From: Cyanophora paradoxa CCMP329
Lineage: Eukaryota; Plantae; Glaucophyta
DNA length: 64,000 bases
NCBI GenBank assembly: GCA_004431415.1
Contig: QPMI01000189.1
Span: forward strand, 1 to 64,000
Direction of reading: 5' to 3'
In this document: positions 58,139-64,000 of the stretch, piece by piece
How positions within the stretch are numbered: the first letter of the stretch is position 1
Layout: each line of letters starts with the position of its first letter
Program-made: the position numbers and the translations under genes
Notes under the pieces: model-generated
Told to the model about the DNA's origin: nothing
The model's input: the letters and a program-made list of their open reading frames with translations, nothing else
Databases searched by the model: none

Positions 58139-61100
58139 ATGGCGTCCGCACCGCCGCCAGGCCTGCGCGAGAGTCGGCCGGTCCGGCTCGTCGAGGCGTC
58201 GAGCGCTGCGGCTGGGTGCCCCGCGGAGAACCTGCTCACCGCTTCAGACGAGGTGCTCATCCTTAGCTCGAGCCTGGAACCCGGCTGATACCCGCGCAGG
58301 ACCTCTGGCTGAGCGCCGAGAGCGTGCCACAGTCCATCACATTCGAATTCACGGAGCCGGGGCCGGAGATACATACCTTCGCGTTCTTTTGTTGGCATGG
58401 GTGCGATTCTCCGCAAGCTTAGCTCCACGCCTCGCTGAGCCGCCGCCGCAGCTATTGGACAAACGTGAGATCCGCCAAGATCCTCGTATCGGGCGATCTG
58501 CTGAGCTTCCGCTCCGTCTGCAGGGTCGAGGCTGATATGGTGCGTGAATGCGCCGACTGCGAGGGCGCGAATTCCGACGGCGCGCGGTCCCAACCACCGC
58601 GCAGCGGCCCGGATGGCAGTGCTTCGGCCTCGCGGAGCCCATCGCCGGAGACGCGCGGTACGTGCGTATTCTCGTCCAGGACAACTTCGGGGGGCAGCAG
58701 GTGCGAGCTCGCCCGAGGGGAGCGCCGCGCGGTCGGCCGCGGGTGACGTTGCGTGGTGGCGCAGGTGTACATGAACCGCGTGGCGTTCCTTGCGGAGGAC
58801 GTGACGGAGGCCCGCGCCCTTCTCAACGCCTTCACCCCCGCCGGCAGCCCCGAGCGCGCCCCGCCCCCGCCGGGGCAGAGCGCCGGGCCCGGCGGGGCGG
58901 GGCAGCGGGGGCCGGAGAGCCCGCGGGACACGCTGCTGGAGTACCTGGCGTCGGGCCCGGGGTCTGCGGCGGGCCCCGACGGCTCGTTTCTCTCGGCAGC
59001 CTCCCGGGGCGAGACCGACGACGCGCTCGCCCGCGCCCTCCGCCACGCCCCGTCGCCCCGCGCCCAGGCCCCGCCGCCGCGCCCCGCGGCGCACCGCTAC
59101 AGCGGACCGGGCCCCCGCTCCGAGGCGCGCTCGGCGTCGGCGACGGGCTCGGCTTCGGCGTCGGGCTCCGCGTCGCTCTCGGCGTCGGCGTCGGGCTCGG
59201 CGGCCGGCTCGGCGGAGCCCGAGATCCCCTCCGCCGTCTACGACTCCCTCTTCGACGCCCTCCGCTCCCCGGCCCCGCCCTCGGGGCCCATCCCCGCCCG
59301 CGAGCCGCCTCTCGAGAGCCCGCGGCAGGGCCCCCAGCAGCCCGGCGCCCGGGCCTCGGAGACAACACCCCTCCCGCACCGCTCCCCGCAGCACCGCACC
59401 GGACCCGCGACCTACGGCACCCCTCCGCCGGCGCCACGCCCGCCCGTCCCCGCCATGGCTCTCCCGGCTCCGCCCCCGCCGCCCTTCGCTGGCCAGGAGG
59501 ACGGCTCTGCACCGGAGCCGGCGCCGCCGGCGCCGCCGCCCTCGCCGGGGCGCATGCTGCGGGCGGTGCTGCAGTCGCTGAGCCCAGCGTCGGCCGCCGC
59601 GCTCGCGGCGGGGGCGCAAGCGCCGGGACGCCGACGACGCCGCAGCAGCAGCGTGCGGGGCTGGCGCAGTCGAGCCCCTCGCCGGTGGCGGTCGTCGACG
59701 CGGCCCTCGCCCTGGCGCGCGGGCAGGCGAGCCCCGCCGGCCCCCGGCCCGCGAGGCCTTTCTCTCGCCCCCGCCGGCCCTGCCGCTCGCCGAGCAGCGC
59801 GCAGCCGCCGGCCCGTCGCCCCTGCAGGCCGTCGAGGCGCGCCTGCAGGAGACCCTCGCCCGTGCCCGCGCCCTCCTTGGCGCAGAGCCCGTGCCCCTCA
59901 GGCCCCGCGGCGCCCTGGGCCCGGCCCCCGCCACGAGCTGCCCGCCTCCCTCTCGTCGCCGCCCTCCGCCGCGCCGCCGCGCTACGCCGCCGCCGACGCA
60001 GGCGCCGCCCGCCGGCCCGCCCCCGCCCCGAGGACCTCGCGTGGGCCGCCTCCACCGCCCGCGCCTCCGCCGCCTCCCCGCGCAGCAGCCCCATCCCCTC
60101 GCCTCGCCCCTCCACCCGCGCCACTCCACCTCCCCGCCCTCCGCCCGCGGCCGGCGCCGCCCGCCCGCTCCCCGGCGGCGCCGAGGAGATGCGCCCGTGG
60201 CCGGGTCCGGAGGTGAGCCCGCCGGTGACGATCGCCTCGCCGGGCCCGGCGCCGCGCTCGGCGAGCACGGGGGTGCCGAGCAGCGTGCGCACGCGCGCGT
60301 ACGCGCCGGCCTCGCCGCCGGCCCCGGCGGAGGCGGCGCGGGACCTCCACCGGAGCGCCGCCTACGACTACGCCGAGGGTGCCGACGAGGGGCACCAGCG
60401 CGCCCCGGCCCCGCCCCGGCGCCCAGAGCACGCCCCCGCCCGCTCGCCCCTGGAGCCGCGCTCCGAGGCGCGACGGGACCCGCGGCACGGGCCGACCGAG
60501 GAAGGCAGGCACCGCGGCGAGCCGCCGCACCGCCCGCGCGAATCTGTGCGAGCGGTGCCCCCGAGACGCCCTCCCCGGCCCTCGGTGCGCAGCCCCTTGT
60601 CGTCGCCGGGCGCCGCGGGCGGCTGACACGCGCCGCAGGCATCGGCTGGGAGCGCGGGTGGCACGAGGGCGAGTCGGCGGCCGGCTCGGGGCGACGGAGG
60701 GCTCTTCTGCGGCCGGCAGCCCGGCGGCCCCGCCGGAGGCCCTCTTCCTCCCCGGCCGCGGCGCTGGCGGCCGCGACCAATTGTTGCTCCTTCGCGGCCG
60801 CAGCCCGCCCGACGGGAGCCCGCCCGATGCCAGCGCGCCCCGCGGCCGCAGCCGCAGCGCCGGCAGGGAGGCCCCCGAGACGGTCGAGCGCATCTGGCGC
60901 CCCGACCGCGGCGGCGTACGAGAGCGCAGCCGCAGCCGCGGCCGCAGGGTGCGGAGCCGCAGCCGCAGCCGCAGCCGGAGCAGTAGCGGCGGGCACAGCC
61001 AGGGCCGCCGCCGCCGCCGCGATCGCAGTCGTAGCCACGGCCGCGCCCGCAGCAGAGGCAGAATCCCGAGCCCGAGCCCGAGCCCGAGCTCCAGCCGGGG

Positions 61101-63395
61101 TCGCAACCGCAGCCACAGCCGGAGCCGGGAGCGCTACGCAGAGCGTTGGGGGCAGCGCCGGACGGGCGGGGCGCGGGCCCAGGAGCGGAGCCCGCTGCAG
61201 CGACGCCGCCCTGTCGGCGTTCGCGAGAGCGAGAGCGAAGACAGCCGCAGCCGGAGCCCGCATCGCAGGGCAAACGACGGGCGGCGCAGGAGGACGGGCC
61301 GGAGTCCAGAGCACAATCGGAGTGCGGAGCACAGTCGGAGCAGGGAAGGGGAAGCAGGCCGGGAGCGCAGGGCGAGCCGCGGGGGCGACAGCAGCGAGGA
61401 GCGTGAGGATGGCCGCGGGCAGCGCTGCCCGAGGCGGCCGCAGGTGGAGGGCCGGGCGGAGCAGCGGGAGGGTCGGCAGCATGGCGAGGCACGGGGCACG
61501 GGGCGCGGGCGGAGCGCGGAGGCGGCGGAGGCGGCGTGCCGGTGCTGCGGGCGGGGCCCCTCGCCCTCGCCCCCGCCCTCGCCGCCGGGCGGCGGCTCCT
61601 CGGGTACGACCTCGCCGGCCTCCCCGAGGGCGGGCCGGCCCTCCACTCGCCCCCCGAGTCCATCCTCGGCCGCCGCGAGCACCACGCCCGCTCCCGCCAC
61701 CACCGCCCCGACCGCCGCCCCGCCCCGGCGGCCGCCCCGCCCCGGGCCGCCCCGCCGGCCTCGACCGTCAGCCCGGCCCGGCGGGCGACCCGCGGCCGCG
61801 CCGTCATCTCGCCGCCCCCGCAGCCCCTGCCGGCCGTGCCTCTGGAGCCGCCGCGCGCAGACCCGGCGGTGGAACGGGCGTGGCGCGATCGCGCGCGCAT
61901 CGAGCAGCTGCGCGGCAAACTCGCCGAGATGCAGATCAAGGTGGGCGCCACGCCCCCGGCCCCGCCCCCATTCCCGCCACACGGCATGCGAGGCGGGCGG
62001 CAGATCCGGGAGCTCTCGGCCGCGGGGCGGGGCCGGCGGGAGGCCGACGAGGAGTCGTCGCTCGCCTCCTGGAGCGCTGCCTCAGAGGCCGCCCCCCGCC
62101 TCCCCTCGCAGCGCCGCCGGGCACCGCCGGCGGCAGCCCCGGGGGCGCGGCAGGGCCGCGCGGGGCCGCTCCTCACCTCCTCGGAGATCGAGCTGGCGAA
62201 CTGCCAGGCCGAGGTGCTCCCCCCGGCGCTCGGCCGGCCGCTCGCCTGCGCGGGGCCGACGCGTGGCGGGGCAGATGGCGGAGGTGGCGGGGGCGGCGGG
62301 GGCGATGCGGGGCCAGGTGGCGGCCTGCGCGGCCGAGCTGCGCGCCCTCCAGCCGAGCTTGCCGCCCTCAAGGCCGCCCCCCGGCCCGCCCCGGCCCCGC
62401 CCCGCCTGGGCGGCCCCCGGGCCTCGAGCACCTCGCCCAGTACCCCCTCGCGCATCGCGCCTCCTTCGACTCTGCTTACGGCACCGCCGCCCCGCTGCCC
62501 CGCCCCCGCCCCGGCCGCGCCCCCTCCGCCGCCCCCGCCGCCGCCTCCGCCGCTGCAGCCGCAGCCGCAGCAGCGGGCGCCGGCGCTCGCGTGGCCCGAG
62601 GCGGAGGTGCGGTGGTCGGCGCCAGAGCGCCCCTGGCGGCCCGCGGAGGCTGCGCGCGCCCACTACGCGGAGCCGCCCCCGCCGGCCTCCTTCGCAGGTC
62701 TCCCAGCCCCCAGCGGGGCGCCCCACGAAGCTCCGTGGGGAGGGGAGGCGTGGCCATCGGCGCGGGGGTCGCGCAGCGGGCGGGAGGAGGCTGGAGGCGG
62801 GTCGGAGGGCGGCTCGTGGGTGTCCGGCGCGGCGCGGCTGCCGGAGGCGGAGCGGCGCCGGCTGGACGGGGCGATCGAGTCCCTCTACGCTTCCCTGCGC
62901 GCCAAGCTCCACCGCGCCGACCGCCGCGCCCGCTCCGCCGAGCGCCGCGCCTCCGAGGCCGCCACGCAGACCGCCCCCGCCGTCTCCATCGCCGTCCAGA
63001 CCAGCAGCGCCGCCGCCCGCGCCGCCACCCCGGCCCGCAGCTCCAGCCGGCCCCGCAGCACTGGCCGCACCAGTGCCGGCCCCGCCCCGGCCCCAGCGGC
63101 GTCCGTGCCGGCTTGGCGGCCGGCCGCCAAGGCCACCTGCTCGCGGCACCGCCACCACCACGAGCCGAAGGCGGCGGAGGCGGCCCGCAAGCCGGCGCCC
63201 CGCCCCTCGTCCTCGAGTGCGCCCGAGCGCGAGCGGCAGTGGACGGTGATGGGGGACCCCGTGAGGGCGGCCCCGCCGCCCACCCCCGAGATGGTGGCGG
63301 CAGCCGCGATGGCCGCCTACCAGCGTGACGCCCGCCGCGAGGGGACCTCCGGTGCCGGCCGCCCGTACACCGTCGTCGTCCGAGAGCACCGGTAG
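58139..63395 (+). CDS. Protein with N-terminal galactose-binding-like (discoidin/APC10/IFT25-type) domain, long low-complexity/RS region and coiled-coil segments
   Basis: Spliced ASSAAAGCPAENLLTASDE|DLWLSAESVPQSITFEF...CWHG|YWTNVRSAKILVS...ARYVRILVQDNFGGQQ|VYMNRVAFL; RSRSRSRS tract ~60900-61300. Continuity as one gene is assumed. Confidence 0.6.
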
Positions 63396-64000
63396 CCATC
63401 GTGCTATTATAGATAGTAGCTGCGCCTTTCACAATTGCATAAACTATGCCTTTGGTGATGGAGGGGGGCTCAAGCCTCAGGGGCGCGGAGGAGGCCGAGG
63501 GGTAGCGAACGCTCGACCTTCGAATTTGATCGATCGGCGCACATGTCGTCGACGTCGACGTCAGCCGCCGCCGCGCCGCCTGCGACCGTGCGGGTGCGTC
63601 GAATTCGATCGCAATGTCTGAACCACGCGCAAGGGGCGCCTGATCATCGAGGCAGGTGCCGATCTCGGTCGTTTGCCAAGGGACACACGCGGGCGAGTGC
63701 ATTTGGGCGCTCACTCGCACCGGAGGCTGGAAGCTGACCACCGCCGTGAGGCTTGAAACGTCTCCCGAACTGTTGAGCATGCGGCTCTTCGCGCTCTTTC
63801 GAACTTCGGAATTGCAAACCTGCGCATATGCACGCCCGTTTGCTATCTCATCCGCTCTCTCACATCGCGGCTCGCGCTGCGGAAGGTGGCCTCTTTGGTA
63901 CGGGGAGCTACAGGTCGACGGCAGCCACGGCGACGCCTCCTCAGGCAAGGCCAAGGGCGCCCTCTTTGAATACAAGCTTTGCATCGCGCGGGAGAGCTCG

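Noticed and set aside
63400-64000. Possible 3' part of a minus-strand gene (start of ORF 62476-63984)
   Set aside because: No recognisable domain or secure exon structure, and it is truncated by the window edge.

Overview
This is very GC-rich, gene-dense eukaryotic nuclear DNA with many short (mostly 50-100 nt) spliceosomal introns, so most long ORFs in the supplied track are shadow frames rather than genes. An MAF- type plastid transit peptide together with motile-cilium genes (DAAF9, CFAP144) points to a glaucophyte such as Cyanophora (inference). I reconstructed about 20 intron-containing genes by eye: a PWWP/SNF2-like pseudo-ATPase, a bacterial-type LpxL (lipid A late acyltransferase) family enzyme, a type I glycoprotein, an mTERF protein, DCAF10, a CRT-like transporter, a DHHC palmitoyltransferase, DAAF9, a plastid PPR protein with AT-hooks, CFAP144, an atypical USP, a small U-box protein, an F-box protein, RBBP4/MSI1, RAD51B, an ACT-domain STY kinase, a LOTUS-like repeat protein and three uncharacterised proteins. 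Genes are mostly arranged in tight head-to-head pairs. A lower-GC island at about 34.7-37.5 kb holds mobile-element debris, including an apparently intact ultra-minimal LTR element (two 329-bp LTRs around a 39-bp core of tRNA-Pro PBS plus PPT, with a 4-bp TSD). The best leads are the intron-bearing LpxL gene, that miniature LTR element, the frequent GC-AG introns with weak exon context, and the multi-LOTUS protein. All gene models are manual, and start codons and some exon edges are approximate.
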